Shown: positions 1-11,094, counted from the first letter of the stretch. The stretch is 64,000 nucleotides of DNA from Tubiluchus corallicola (GCA_030141605.1 JAQGDQ010000254.1:1-64000); one strand, 5' to 3'. Program-made: numbers and translations. The notes: generated by a model from the letters alone, not told the origin.

Positions 1-3000
1 GAGGATATTGAACAAGTAACCAAAGATGTTGTCGAAGAGCTTGATGACATTCCTGATTTGGTTACTGTGGACGAATCAGTTGATGTTATTTTAGATGATG
101 CTACCTTAATGCCCAAAGATGTTGAGCTTGAAATAACATCTGCTGAGGCAGAACAGGTTGTCCTGTCTGATGCGGAACTGCCTCAACTGGTTATCGCTGG
201 TGAGGATATTGAACAGGTATCCAAAGATGTTGTCGAAGAGCTTGATGATATTCCTGATTTGGTTACTGTGGACGAATCAGTTGATGTTATTTTAGATGAT
301 GCTACCATGATGCCCAAAGATGTTGAGCTTGAAATAATAGCTCGTGAACTGCAGCCTGAGGCTGAACATGTGGTTCTGTCTGATGTTGAACTGCCTGAAC
401 TGGTTAGTGCTGCTGAGGATATTGAACAAGTAACCAAAGATGTTGCTGAAGAGCTGGATGACATTCCTGATTTGGGTCCTGTGGGCGAATCACTTGATGT
501 TATTTTAGATGATGCTGCCTTAATGCCCAAAGATGTACAGCTTGAAATAACATCCACTGAGGCAGAACAGGCTGTCCTGTCTGATGCTGAACTGCCTCAA
601 CTGGTTATTGCTGGTGAGGATATTGAACAAGTAACCAAAGATGTTGTCGAAGAGCTTGATGATATTCCTGATTTGGTTGCTGTGGACGAATCAGTTGATG
701 TTATTTTAGATGATGCTACCTTAATGCCTAAAGATGTACAGCTTGAAATAACATCCACTGAGGCAGAACAGGCTGTCCTGTCTGATGATGAACTGCCTCA
801 ACTGATTATTGCTGGTAAGGATATTGAACAAGTAACCAAAGATGTTGTCGAAGAGCTTGATGACATTCCTGATTTGGTTACCGTGGACGAATCACTTGAT
901 GTTATTTTAGATGATGCTACCTTAATGCCTAAAGATGTGCAGCTTGAAATAACATCTGCTGAGGTAGAACAGGTTGTCCTGTCTGATGCTGAACTGCCTC
1001 AACTGGTTATTGCTGGTGAGGATATTGAACAAGTAACCAAAGATGTTGTCGAAGAGCTTGATGATATTCCTGATTTGGTTACTGTGGACGAATCAGTTGA
1101 TGTTATTTTGGATGATGCTACCTTGATGCCCAAAGATGTACAGCTTCAAATAACATCTACTGAGGCAGAACAGGTTGTCCTTTCTGACGCTAAACAGCCT
1201 GAGTTGGTTAGTGCTGGTGAGGATATTGAACAAGTAACCAAAGATGTTGTCGAAGAGCTTGATGACATTCCTGATTTGGTTCCTGTGGGCGAATCAGTTG
1301 ATGTTATTTTAGATGATGCTACCTTGATGCCCAAAGATGTAGAGCTTGAAATAATAGTTCGTGAACTGCAGCCTGAGGCTGAACATGTGGTTCTGTCTGA
1401 TGTTGAACTGCCTGAACTGGTTAGTGCTGCTGAGGATATTGAAAAAGTAGCCAAAGATGTTGTCGAAGAGCTTGATGACATTCCTGATTTGGTTACTGTG
1501 GACGAATCAGTTGATGTTATTTTAGATGATGCTACCTTAATGCCCAAAGATGTTGAGCTTGAAATAACATCTGCTGAGGCAGAACAGGTTGTCCTGTCTG
1601 ATGTTGAACTACCTGAACTGGTTATCGCTGGTGAGGATATTGAACAGGTAACCAAAGATGTTGTCGAAGAGCTTGATGATATTCCTGATTTGGTTACTGT
1701 GGACGAATCAGTTGATGTTATTTTAGATGATGCTACCATGATGCCCAAAGATGTTGAGCTTGAAATAATAGCTCGTGAACTGCAGCCTGAGGCTGAACAT
1801 GTTGTTCTGTCTGATGTTGAACTGCCTGAACTGGTTAGTGCTGGTGAGGATATTGAACAAGTAACCAAAGATGTTGTCGAAGAGCTTGATGACATTCCTG
1901 ATTTGGTTACTGTGGACGAATCAGTTGATGTTATTTTAGATGATGCTACCTTAATGCCCAAAGATGTTGAGCTTGAAATAACATCTGCTGAGGCAGAACA
2001 GGTTGTCCTGTCTGATGTTGAACTACCTGAACTGGTTATCGCTGGTGAGGATATTGAACAGGTAACCAAAGATGTTGTCGAAGAGCTTGATGATATTCCT
2101 GATTTGGTTACTGTGGACGAATCAGTTGATGTTATTTTAGATGATGCTACCTTGATGCCCAAAGATGTTGAGCTTGAAATAATAGCTCGTGAACTGCAGC
2201 CTGAGGCTGAACATGTGGTTCTGTCTGATGTTGAACTGCCTGAACTGGTTAGTGCTGCTGAGGATATTGAACAAGTAACCAAAGATGTTACTGAAGAGCT
2301 GGATGACATTCCTGATTTGGTTGCTGTAGACGAATCAGTTGATGTTATTTTAGATGATGCTACCTTAATGCCTAAAGATGTACAGCTTGAAATAACATCC
2401 ACTGAGGCAGAACAGGCTGTCCTGTCTGATGATGAACTGCCTCAACTGATTATTGCTGGTAAGGATATTGAACAAGTAACCAAAGATGTTGTCGAAGAGC
2501 TTGATGACATTCCTGATTTGGTTACCGTGGACGAATCACTTGATGTTATTTTAGATGATGCTACCTTAATGCCTAAAGATGTACAGCTTGAAATAACATC
2601 TGCTGAGGTAGAACAGGTTGTCCTGTCTGATGCGGAACTGCCTGAACTGGTTATCGCTGGTGAGGATATTGAACAGGTAACCAAAGATGTTGTCGAAGAG
2701 CTTGATGATATTCCTGATTTGGTTGCTGTAGACGAATCTGTTGATGTTATTTTAGATGATGCTACCTTGATGCCCAAAGATGTAGAGCTTGAAATAATAG
2801 TTCGTGAACTGCAGCCTGAGGCTGAACATGTGGTTCTGTCTGATGTTGAACTGCCTGAACTGGTTAGTGCTGCTGAGGATATTGAAAAAGTAGCCAAAGA
2901 TGTTGTCGAAGAGCTTGATGACATTCCTGATTTGGTTACTGTGGACGAATCAGTTGATGTTATTTTAGATGATGCTACCTTAATGCCCAAAGATGTTGAG

Positions 3001-6000
3001 CTTGAAATAACATCTGCTGAGGCAGAACAGGTTGTCCTGTCTGATGCGGAACTGCCTCAACTGGTTATCGCTGGTGAGGATATTGAACAGGTATCCAAAG
3101 ATGTTGTCGAAGAGCTTGATGATATTCCTGATTTGGTTACTGTGGACGAATCAGTTGATGTTATTTTAGATGATGCTACCATGATGCCCAAAGATGTTGA
3201 GCTTGAAATAATAGCTCGTGAACTGCAGCCTGAGGCTGAACATGTGGTTCTGTCTGATGTTGAACTGCCTGAACTGGTTAGTGCTGCTGAGGATATTGAA
3301 CAAGTAACCAAAGATGTTGCTGAAGAGCTGGATGACATTCCTGATTTGGTTACCGTGGACGAATCACTTGATGTTATTTTAGATGATGCTACCTTAATGC
3401 CTAAAGATGTACAGCTTGAAATAACATCTGCTGAGGTAGAACAGGTTGTCCTGTCTGATGCTGAACTGCCTCAACTGGTTATTGCTGGTGAGGATATTGA
3501 ACAAGTAACCAAAGATGTTGTCGAAGAGCTTGATGATATTCCTGATTTGGTTGCTGTAGACGAATCAGTTGATGTTATTTTGGATGATGCTACCTTGATG
3601 CCCAAAGATGTACAGCTTCAAATAACATCTACTGAGGCAGAACAGGTTGTCCTTTCTGATGCTGAACTGCCTGAACTGGTTAGTGCTGCTGAGGATATTG
3701 AACAAGTAACCAAAGAAGTTGTCAAAGAGCGTGATGACATTCCTGATTTGGTTCGTGTGGGCGAATCTGTTGATGTTATTTTGGATGATGCTACCTTGAT
3801 GCCCAAAGATGTTGAGCTTGAAATAATAGCTCGTGAACTGCAGCCTGAGGCTGAACATGTGGTTCTGTCTGATGTTGAACTGCCTGAACTGGTTAGTGCT
3901 GCTGAGGATATTGAAAAAGTAGCCAAAGATGTTGTCGAAGAGCTTGATGACATTCCTGATTTGGTTACTGTGGACGAATCAGTTGATGTTATTTTAGATG
4001 ATGCTACCTTAATGCCCAAAGATGTTGAGCTTGAAATAACATCTGCTGAGGCAGAACAGGTTGTCCTGTCTGATGCGGAACTGCCTGAACTGGTTATCGC
4101 TGGTGAGGATATTGAACAGGTATCCAAAGATGTTGTCGAAGAGCTTGATGATATTCCTGATTTGGTTGCTGTAGACGAATCAGTTGATGTTATTTTAGAT
4201 GATGCTACCTTGATGCCCAAAGATGTAGAGCTTGAAATAATAGTTCGTGAACTGCAGCCTGAGGCTGAACATGTGGTTCTGTCTGATGTTGAACTGCCTG
4301 AACTGGTTAGTGCTGCTGAGGATATTGAACAAGTAACCAAAGATGTTGTCGAAGAGCTTGATGACATTCCTGATTTGGTTACTGTGGACGAATCAGTTGA
4401 TGTTATTTTAGATGATGCTACCTTAATGCCCAAAGATGTTGAGCTTGAAATAACATCTGCTGAGGCAGAACAGGTTGTCCTGTCTGATGTTGAACTACCT
4501 GAACTGGTTATCGCTGGTGAGGATATTGAACAGATAACCAAAGATGTTGTCGAAGAGCTTGATGATATTCCTGATTTGGTTGCTGTGGACGAATCAGTTG
4601 ATGTTATTTTGGATGATGCTACCACGATGCCCAAAGATGTACAGCTGGAAAAAACAGCTCATGAACTGCAGGCTGAGGCTGAACATGTTGTTCTGTCTGA
4701 TGTTGAACTGCCTGAACTGGTTAGCGCTGGTGAGGATATTGAACAAGTAACCAAGGAAGTTGTCAAAGAGGATGATGGCATTCCTGATTTGATTAATGTG
4801 GACGAATCAGTTGATGTTATTTTAGATGATGCCACCTTAATGCCCAAAGATGTTGAGCTTGAAATAACGTCTGCTGATGCAAAACAGGTTGTCCTGTTTG
4901 ATGCTGAACTGCCTGAAGTGGTTATCGCTGGTGAGGATATTGAACAGGTATCCAAAGATGTTGTCGAAGAGCTTGATGATATTCCTGATTTGGTTGCTGT
5001 AGACGAATCTGTTGATGTTATTTTGGATGATGCTACCTTAATGCCCAAAGATGTTGAGCTTGAAATAACATCTGCTGAGGCAGAAGTTGTCCTTTCTGAT
5101 GCTGAACTGCCTCAACTGGTTATTGCTGGTGAGGATATTGAACAAGTAACCAGAGAAATTGTCGAAGAACATGATGACATTCCTGATTTGGTTACCGTGG
5201 ACGAATCAGTTGATGTTATTTTGGGTGACGCTGCCTTGATGCCCAAAGATGTAGAGCTTGAAATAACAGCTCGTGAACTGCCGTCTGAAGCAGAACAGGT
5301 TGTCCTGTCTGATATTGAGCTGCCTGAACTGGTTATCGCTGGTGAGGATATTGAACAAGTAACCAAAGTTGTTGCTGAAGAGCTTGATGATATTCCTGAT
5401 TTGGTTGCTGTGGATGCATCAGTTGATGTTATTTTAGATGATGCTACCTTAATGCCCAAAGATGTACAGCTTGAAATAACATCAGCTGAGGTAGAACAGG
5501 TTGTCCTGTCTGATGCTGAACTGCCTCAACTGGTTATTGCTGGTGAGGATATTGAACAAGTAACCAAAGATGTTGTCGAAGAGCTTGATGATATTCCTGA
5601 TTTGGTTGCTGTAGACGAATCTGTTGATGTTATTTTAGATGATGCTGCCTTGATGCCCAAAGATGTAGAGCTTGAAATAACAGCTCATGAACTGCCGTCT
5701 GAAGTAGAACAGGTTGTCCTGTCTGATGTTGAACTACCTGAACTGGTTATCGCTGGTGAGGATATTGAACAAGTAACCAAAGATGTTGTCGAAGAGCTTG
5801 ATGATATTCCTGATTTGGTTGCTGTGGATGCATCAGTTGATGTTATTTTAGATGATGCTACCTTAATACCCAAAGATGTTGAGCTTGAAATAACATCAGC
5901 TGAGGCAGAACAGGTTGTCCTGTCTGATGCTGAACTGCCTCAACTGGTTATTGCTGGTGAGGATATTGAACAGGTATCCAAAGATGTTGTCGAAGAGCTT

Positions 6001-8500
6001 GATGATATTCCTGATTTGGTTGCTGTAGACGAATCTGTTGATGTTATTTTAGATGATGCTACCTTAATGCCCAAAGATGTTGAGCTTGAAATAATAGCTC
6101 GTGAACTGCAGCCTGAGGCTGAACATGTGGTTCTGTCTGATGCTGAACTGCCTCAACTGGTTATCGCTGGTGAGGATATTGAACAGGTATCCAAAGATGT
6201 TGTCGAAGAGCTTGATGATATTCCTGATTTGGTTGCTGTAGACGAATCAGTTGATGTTATTTTGGATGATGCTACCATGATGCCCAAAGATGTACAGCTG
6301 GAAAAAACAGCTCATGAACTGCAGGCTGAGGCTGAACATGTTGTTCTGTCTGATGTTGAACTGCCTGAACTGGTTAGTGCTGCTGAGGATATTGAACAAG
6401 TGACCAAAGATGTTGCTGCAGAGCTTGATGATATTCCTGATTTGGTTGCTGTAGATGCATCACTTGATGTTATTTTAGATGATGCTACCTTGATGCCCAA
6501 AGATGTAGAGTTTGAAATAACAGCTCGTGAACTGCCGGCTGAAGCAGTACAGGTTGTCCTGTCTGATGTTGAACTGCCTGAACTGGTTAGTGCTGCTGAG
6601 GATATTGAACAAGTAACCAAAGATGTTGTCGAAGAGCTTGATGATATTCCTGATTTGGTTGCTGTAGACGAATCAGTTGATGTTATTTTAGATGATGCTA
6701 CCTTAATGCCCAAAGATGTTGAGCTTGAAATAACATCTGCTGAGGCAGAAGTTGTCCTTTCTGATGCTGAACTGCCTCAACTGGTTATTGCTGGTGAGGA
6801 TATTGAACAGATAACCAAAGATGTTGTCGAAGAGCTTGATGATATTCCTGATTTGGTTGCTGTAGACGAATCTGTTGATGTTATTTTGGATGATGCTACC
6901 TTAATGCCCAAAGATGTTGAGCTTGAAACAATAGCTCGTGAACTGCAGCCTGAGGCTGAACATGTGGTTCTGTCTGATGCTGAACTGTCTCAAATGGTTA
7001 TCGCTGGTGAGGATATTGAACAGGTATCCAAAGATGTTGTCGAAGAGCTTGATGATATTCCTGATTTGGTTGCTGTAGACGAATCTGTTGATGTTATTTT
7101 GGATGATGCTACCTTGATGCCCAAAGATGTTGAGCTTGAAATAACAGCTCGTGAACTGCAGGCTGAGGCTGAACATGTTGTTCTGTCTGATGTTGAACTG
7201 CCTGAACTGGTTAGTGCTGCTGAGGATATTGAACAAGTAACCAAAGATGTTGTCGAAGAGCTTGATGACATTCCTGATTTGGTTACTGTGGACGAATCAC
7301 TTGATGTTATTTTAGATGATGCTACCTTAATGCCCAAAGATGTTGAGCTTGAAATAACATCTGCTGAGGCAGATGTTGTCCTTTCTGATGCTGAACTGCC
7401 TCAACTGGCTATTGCTGGTGAGGATATTGAACAGGTATCCAATGATGTTGTCGAAGAGCTTGATGATATTCCTGATTTGGTTGCTGTAGACGAATCAGTT
7501 GATGTTATTTTGGATGATATAACCTTGATGCCCAAAGATGTAGAGCTTGAAATATCATCTACTGAGGCAGAACAAGCTGTCCTGTCTGATGTTAAACTGC
7601 CTGAACTGGTTAGTGCTGCTGAGGATATTGAACAAGTAACCAAAGAAGTTGTCGAAGAGCATGATGACATTCCTGATTTGGTTACTGTGGACGAATCACT
7701 TGATGTTATTTTAGATGATGCTACCTTGATGCCCAAAGATGTAGAGCTTGAAATAACAGCTCGTGAACTGCCGGCTGAAGCAGAACAGGTTGTCCTGTCT
7801 GATATTGAGCTGCCTGAACTGGTTATTGCTGCTGAGGATATTGAAAAAGTAACCAAAGATGTTGTCAAAGAGCTTGATGTTATTCCTGATTTGGTTGCTG
7901 TGGATGCATCAGTTGATGTTATTTTAGATGATGCTACCTTGATGCCCAAAGATGTAGAGCTTGAAATAACATCTGCTGAGGCAGAAGTTGTCCTTTCTGA
8001 TGCTGAACTGCCTCAACTGGTTATTGCTGGTGAGGATATTGAACAGGTATCCAAATATGTTGTAGAAGAGCTTGATGATATTCTTGATTTGGTTGCCGTA
8101 GACGATTCAGTTGATGTTGCTTTTGATGATGCTACCTTAATGCCCAAAGATGTTGAGCTTGAGATAACATCTACTGAGGCAGAACAGATTGTCCTGTCTG
8201 ATGTTGAACAGCCTGAGCTGGTTATTGTTGGTGAGGATGTTGAACAAGTAACCAAAGATGTTGTCGACAAGCTTGATGATATTCCTGATTTGGTTCCTGT
8301 GGGCGAATCAGTTGAAGTTATTTTAGATGCTGCTACCTCGATGCCCAAAGATGTACAGCTTGAAATAACAGCTCATGAACTGCAGGCTGAGGCTGAACAT
8401 GTGGTTCTGTCTGTTGTTGAACTGCCTGAACTGGTTAGTGCTTGTGAGGATATTGAACAAGCAACTGAAAAAGTTGTCGAAGGGCGTGATGATTTTCCCA
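1..8500 (+). repeat. Coding tandem array of 201-bp (67 aa), 213-bp (71 aa) and 198-bp (66 aa) units
   Basis: Consensus EDIEQVTKDVVEELDDIPDLVxVDESVDVILDDATLMPKDVELEI(TSA|IARELQP)EAEQVVLSDxELPxLVIAG; unit starts at 1, 202, 415; decays after about 8400. Confidence 0.97.
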
Positions 8501-11094
8501 ATGTTGACTTACCTGAGCTCATCAGCACAGCAGGAGATGTAGAGGCAGTAACAGAAAAGGCAACTGAGGAAACTGATGTTATTCCCGATTTGCCTGAAGT
8601 TACTTTAGAGAGAGTTGAACATGAGTTAATTGCTCCTGTAGTGCCACCTAATGCTAAGGAAATGGTGCTATCAGAACGTGAACTATCTGAATTGATTAGT
8701 ATTGGTGAGGTTATTGAACAAGTAACCAATGAATATGCAGACATTGAACATTATCCACAAAAGACCGAGATATCTGTAGAAGTTCACTGCAAGTATCCTA
8801 GGGAAGTTAGCTTTTTGATAGCAGACAATAAACGTGCTGATGAAGAAGACAAACTAAAGCCCACATTGAAGAAGAAGAAGCAAGTAAAGAAAGTTGCAGC
8901 TGTGGTTAAAAAAGAAACTGAAAAACCTGTTGTAGCTGCAAAGGTAATTCCTCTGTGCTTTGTAGAAATTAATTATGAGCACCCTGTACAGGCGTCATTA
9001 AATGTGTGTCTAGAACATGTCAAGGAGAAGTTGCCATTGCCACATATGCGAAAATCCAAATTCTTTCACGAAACAAAAGCTACACAAACTGCAGGAGTAA
9101 GCAGTTCTCTACCAGATTCACAGAAGATACTCAAAGGTCGAGATACTATTAAGAAAGTTCAAGAATCTAAAGCTTTATATTTAGGCCAATTTCATGCACC
9201 TGACATCTGCGGGATGGAAATAATTGTAGAATCTGACTCGGAGGAAGACTATCCTTGTTATACAGACAAAATTACATATTACAAAGAGGGGAAGTGGGGC
9301 ACTAAATCACCATCTCAGGAAAAGGGTGGACAAAGCACTGATTATTATAATGAACAGTCTGACACTTATCCCATACCTGTGCAAACACAAGTTCCTCCTT
9401 TGGTGGAAGAAACTGATGAAAGCCACATAAAGAAACTACTGCAAGAAGCAGAGGAGTTGAGACTTGAACATGAACGCTCTAAGCAGCCTGAGTATTTTGG
9501 AAGGAGAGACATGAAAGGAGTATTCAGTGAAAAGGGTGACATTTATGAGGAACGTAAGTCATACAAAAGTAATTTGCCAAAACAACAACATGACACTAAG
9601 CAGATCATGAAAAAGCCAATATCAACTTTTAAGAAAAAGTACGAGCTTGAAGTTGATCGGCGACAGAAAGCTTTAGTAAAACATGTCGAAATAAAGATTG
9701 AAGCAGGATCTGCCATTAAATTATCAGAGTGCAATAAAGGAACAGCAAAAGCAAAATCAAAGCCATCAGACCACAAAGAAAAGACGGACAGGCAAGAATA
9801 TTCTTTTGACCTAAAAGTACTTGAAAAGAAGGAACCACAATATAAAGTGAAAGAATCAATTTGGTATGAAGCTAAAGATATGACTGAAGCAGAGCTCATA
9901 CAGAAAGGATTGGCTGAGCATTGGAAGCAATACCGTCTATCTACTGAAGGAAGAGGTGAAGCACTAGTTCAACTCGTGGAAGTTATTGTAGATGAAAATG
10001 AAGATGACGAACGTATTGTGTACAGATTTATGAAGAGATTTAAAGAGGGTGATGAAAAGAAACGCACAAAACCTGAGGTTGTACGTCAAGAACCGTTAGT
10101 TACCTGCAGTACGCATGAAGAAAAGCCAGAACTTTCCCGACCACATTATCAACAGCCAGATATTCGTTTCAGACGGTCTACTGGAGATAAAAATCGCGAT
10201 GTTTGTTTAAGGTTACCAGATTTTTCCTGTAAAACAAATGCATTTGGTTCGCCTCGTCCTAGTAGACGTGATTTTTCAAAACTCTCTGATAATTCTGCTT
10301 TTGATATTTACAAAAGCCATTATTCTCGAGATCCACATAAAGGCTACTTGCATACCTCTTCAGATGACCACAAGTACGGGAGAGGTTCTGATTATAATGT
10401 TCGTCACTTATCTAGTGCCAGTGATTCACTTAGTCAAAGTGATGCTTTAAAACTGTCTTCGTTTGCTATTCCGAAACTTGTCCGGGGTAAATATTTGGCG
10501 GTGCCAGAACCAATGAGAGTTCGAAAGACTTCTGTAAAAAGCCCAAGTCCTTCGAGCAGTCCGCAAACGCCAGAGCAACGGCAGTTGTTTAAGAGAGCTG
10601 TGCAAGGTACACAGCAGCGCTTGGAAGAACTATCACCTAGCCTATATCACCGCACCACAATCACTCCACTACAGCAATCATCTGAGAGATTATCTCAGAT
10701 CAAACCCAAACGATACCACTCTCGCTGTTTGGATCATTCAGATGAAGCGAGTCCTGTGATGGATGCCAAGCAGCCATATCCATCTTCTAGTCAAGCTGCT
10801 GCAACGTGGCTGAAGCGGCAGGAGTTTTTTAGAGCAGAAAGTTCTATTCGGCGGCGTCATGGCAACGAGACCAAACAAAAGACTCCTGTTTACACTCATA
10901 GGACGAGTAGTAAGGAACAGTTATGTACTAGTCCAACTCTTTCGTGGGAATTCAAGGAAGAAACGCAGAGGAGGCGATCATCTGCTGATCTTCCCCAAAG
11001 TCTGCACTTTTCTGCCCGACTTTCTCCGCGAATATCAGTAGCTTCTAAAAGTCGTGACACGTCTCATTTGAAAAGGAAGCCAAAACTTGACTAA
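1..11094 (+). CDS. Giant repetitive acidic protein, 5'-truncated at window edge (probably a giant terminal exon); about 41 tandem repeats then a Lys/Glu-rich and Ser/Arg-rich tail
   Basis: Frame is open from base 1 (GAG GAT ATT...) to TAA at 11092-11094, so the TTG start at 58 in the ORF track is an artefact. Indels between units are multiples of 3 (198/201/213 bp). Family not recognised. Confidence 0.85.
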   Translation, partial: EDIEQVTKDVVEELDDIPDLVTVDESVDVILDDATLMPKDVELEITSAEAEQVVLSDAELPQLVIAGEDIEQVSKDVVEELDDIPDLVTVDESVDVILDDATMMPKDVELEIIARELQPEAEHVVLSDVELPELVSAAEDIEQVTKDVAEELDDIPDLGPVGESLDVILDDAALMPKDVQLEITSTEAEQAVLSDAELPQLVIAGEDIEQVTKDVVEELDDIPDLVAVDESVDVILDDATLMPKDVQLEITSTEAEQAVLSDDELPQLIIAGKDIEQVTKDVVEELDDIPDLVTVDESLDVILDDATLMPKDVQLEITSAEVEQVVLSDAELPQLVIAGEDIEQVTKDVVEELDDIPDLVTVDESVDVILDDATLMPKDVQLQITSTEAEQVVLSDAKQPELVSAGEDIEQVTKDVVEELDDIPDLVPVGESVDVILDDATLMPKDVELEIIVRELQPEAEHVVLSDVELPELVSAAEDIEKVAKDVVEELDDIPDLVTVDESVDVILDDATLMPKDVELEITSAEAEQVVLSDVELPELVIAGEDIEQVTKDVVEELDDIPDLVTVDESVDVILDDATMMPKDVELEIIARELQPEAEHVVLSDVELPELVSAGEDIEQVTKDVVEELDDIPDLVTVDESVDVILDDATLMPKDVELEITSAEAEQVVLSDVELPELVIAGEDIEQVTKDVVEELDDIPDLVTVDESVDVILDDATLMPKDVELEIIARELQPEAEHVVLSDVELPELVSAAEDIEQVTKDVTEELDDIPDLVAVDESVDVILDDATLMPKDVQLEITSTEAEQAVLSDDELPQLIIAGKDIEQVTKDVVEELDDIPDLVTVDESLDVILDDATLMPKDVQLEITSAEVEQVVLSDAELPELVIAGEDIEQVTKDVVEELDDIPDLVAVDESVDVILDDATLMPKDVELEIIVRELQPEAEHVVLSDVELPELVSAAEDIEKVAKDVVEELDDIPDLVTVDESVDVILDDATLMPKDVELEITSAEAEQVVLSDAELPQLVIAGEDIEQVSKDVVEELDDIPDLVTVDESVDVILDDATMMPKDVELEIIARELQPEAEHVVLSDVELPELVSAAEDIEQVTKDVAEELDDIPDLVTVDESLDVILDDATLMPKDVQLEITSAEVEQVVLSDAELPQLVIAGEDIEQVTKDVVEELDDIPDLVAVDESVDVILDDATLMPKDVQLQITSTEAEQVVLSDAELPELVSAAEDIEQVTKEVVKERDDIPDLVRVGESVDVILDDATLMPKDVELEIIARELQPEAEHVVLSDVELPELVSAAEDIEKVAKDVVEELDDIPDLVTVDESVDVILDDATLMPKDVELEITSAEAEQVVLSDAELPELVIAGEDIEQVSKDVVEELDDIPDLVAVDESVDVILDDATLMPKDVELEIIVRELQPEAEHVVLSDVELPELVSAAEDIEQVTKDVVEELDDIPDLVTVDESVDVILDDATLMPKDVELEITSAEAEQVVLSDVELPELVIAGEDIEQITKDVVEELDDIPDLVAVDESVDVILDDATTMPKDVQLEKTAHELQAEAEHVVLSDVELPELVSAGEDIEQVTKEVVKEDDGIPDLINVDESVDVILDDATLMPKDVELEITSADAKQVVLFDAELPEVVIAGEDIEQVSKDVVEELDDIPDLVAVDESVDVILDDATLMPKDVELEITSAEAEVVLSDAELPQLVIAGEDIEQVTREIVEEHDDIPDLVTVDESVDVILGDAALMPKDVELEITARELPSEAEQVVLSDIELPELVIAGEDIEQVTKVVAEELDDIPDLVAVDASVDVILDDATLMPKDVQLEITSAEVEQVVLSDAELPQLVIAGEDIEQVTKDVVEELDDIPDLVAVDESVDVILDDAALMPKDVELEITAHELPSEVEQVVLSDVELPELVIAGEDIEQVTKDVVEELDDIPDLVAVDASVDVILDDATLIPKDVELEITSAEAEQVVLSDAELPQLVIAGEDIEQVSKDVVEELDDIPDLVAVDESVDVILDDATLMPKDVELEIIARELQPEAEHVVLSDAELPQLVIAGEDIEQVSKDVVEELDDIPDLVAVDESVDVILDDATMMPKDVQLEKTAHELQAEAEHVVLSDVELPELVSAAEDIEQVTKDVAAELDDIPDLVAVDASLDVILDDATLMPKDVEFEITARELPAEAVQVVLSDVELPELVSAAEDIEQVTKDVVEELDDIPDLVAVDESVDVILDDATLMPKDVELEITSAEAEVVLSDAELPQLVIAGEDIEQITKDVVEELDDIPDLVAVDESVDVILDDATLMPKDVELETIARELQPEAEHVVLSDAELSQMVIAGEDIEQVSKDVVEELDDIPDLVAVDESVDVILDDATLMPKDVELEITARELQAEAEHVVLSDVELPELVSAAEDIEQVTKDVVEELDDIPDLVTVDESLDVILDDATLMPKDVELEITSAEADVVLSDAELPQLAIAGEDIEQVSNDVVEELDDIPDLVAVDESVDVILDDITLMPKDVELEISSTEAEQAVLSDVKLPELVSAAEDIEQVTKEVVEEHDDIPDLVTVDESLDVILDDATLMPKDVELEITARELPAEAEQVVLSDIELPELVIAAEDIEKVTKDVVKELDVIPDLVAVDASVDVILDDATLMPKDVELEITSAEAEVVLSDAELPQLVIAGEDIEQVSKYVVEELDDILDLVAVDDSVDVAFDDATLMPKDVELEITSTEAEQIVLSDVEQPELVIVGEDVEQVTKDVVDKLDDIPDLVPVGESVEVILDAATSMPKDVQLEITAHELQAEAEHVVLSVVELPELVSACEDIEQATEKVVEGRDDFPNVDLPELISTAGDVEAVTEKATEETDVIPDLPEVTLERVEHELIAPVVPPNAKEMVLSERELSELISIGEVIEQVTNEYADIEHYPQKTEISVEVHCKYPREVSFLIADNKRADEEDKLKPTLKKKKQVKKVAAVVKKETEKPVVAAKVIPLCFVEINYEHPVQASLNVCLEHVKEKLPLPHMRKSKFFHETKATQTAGVSSSLPDSQKILKGRDTIKKVQESKALYLGQFHAPDICGMEIIVESDSEEDYPCYTDKITYYKEGKWGTKSPSQEKGGQSTDYYNEQSDTYPIPVQTQVPPLVEETDESHIKKLLQEAEELRLEHERSKQPEYFGRRDMKGVFSEKGDIYEERKSYKSNLPKQQHDTKQIMKKPISTFKKKYELEVDRRQKALVKHVEIKIEAGSAIKLSECNKGTAKAKSKPSDHKEKTDRQEYSFDLKVLEKKEPQYKVKESIWYEAKDMTEAELIQKGLAEHWKQYRLSTEGRGEALVQLVEVIVDENEDDERIVYRFMKRFKEGDEKKRTKPEVVRQEPLVTCSTHEEKPELSRPHYQQPDIRFRRSTGDKNRDVCLRLPDFSCKTNAFGSPRPSRRDFSKLSDNSAFDIYKSHYSRDPHKGYLHTSSDDHKYGRGSDYNVRHLSSASDSLSQSDALKLSSFAIPKLVRGKYLAVPEPMRVRKTSVKSPSPSSSPQTPEQRQLFKRAVQGTQQRLEELSPSLYHRTTITPLQQSSERLSQIKPKRYHSRCLDHSDEASPVMDAKQPYPSSSQAAATWLKRQEFFRAESSIRRRHGNETKQKTPVYTHRTSSKEQLCTSPTLSWEFKEETQRRRSSADLPQSLHFSARLSPRISVASKSRDTSHLKRKPKLD

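Noticed and set aside
1-8500. CRISPR-like or non-coding satellite interpretation of the array
   Set aside because: No unique spacers, eukaryotic context, and all unit lengths keep an open frame.
183-8744. Many Ser/Thr-rich minus-strand ORFs
   Set aside because: Antisense shadows of the GAT/GAA/GTT-rich repeat ORF; they break at recurring unit variants.
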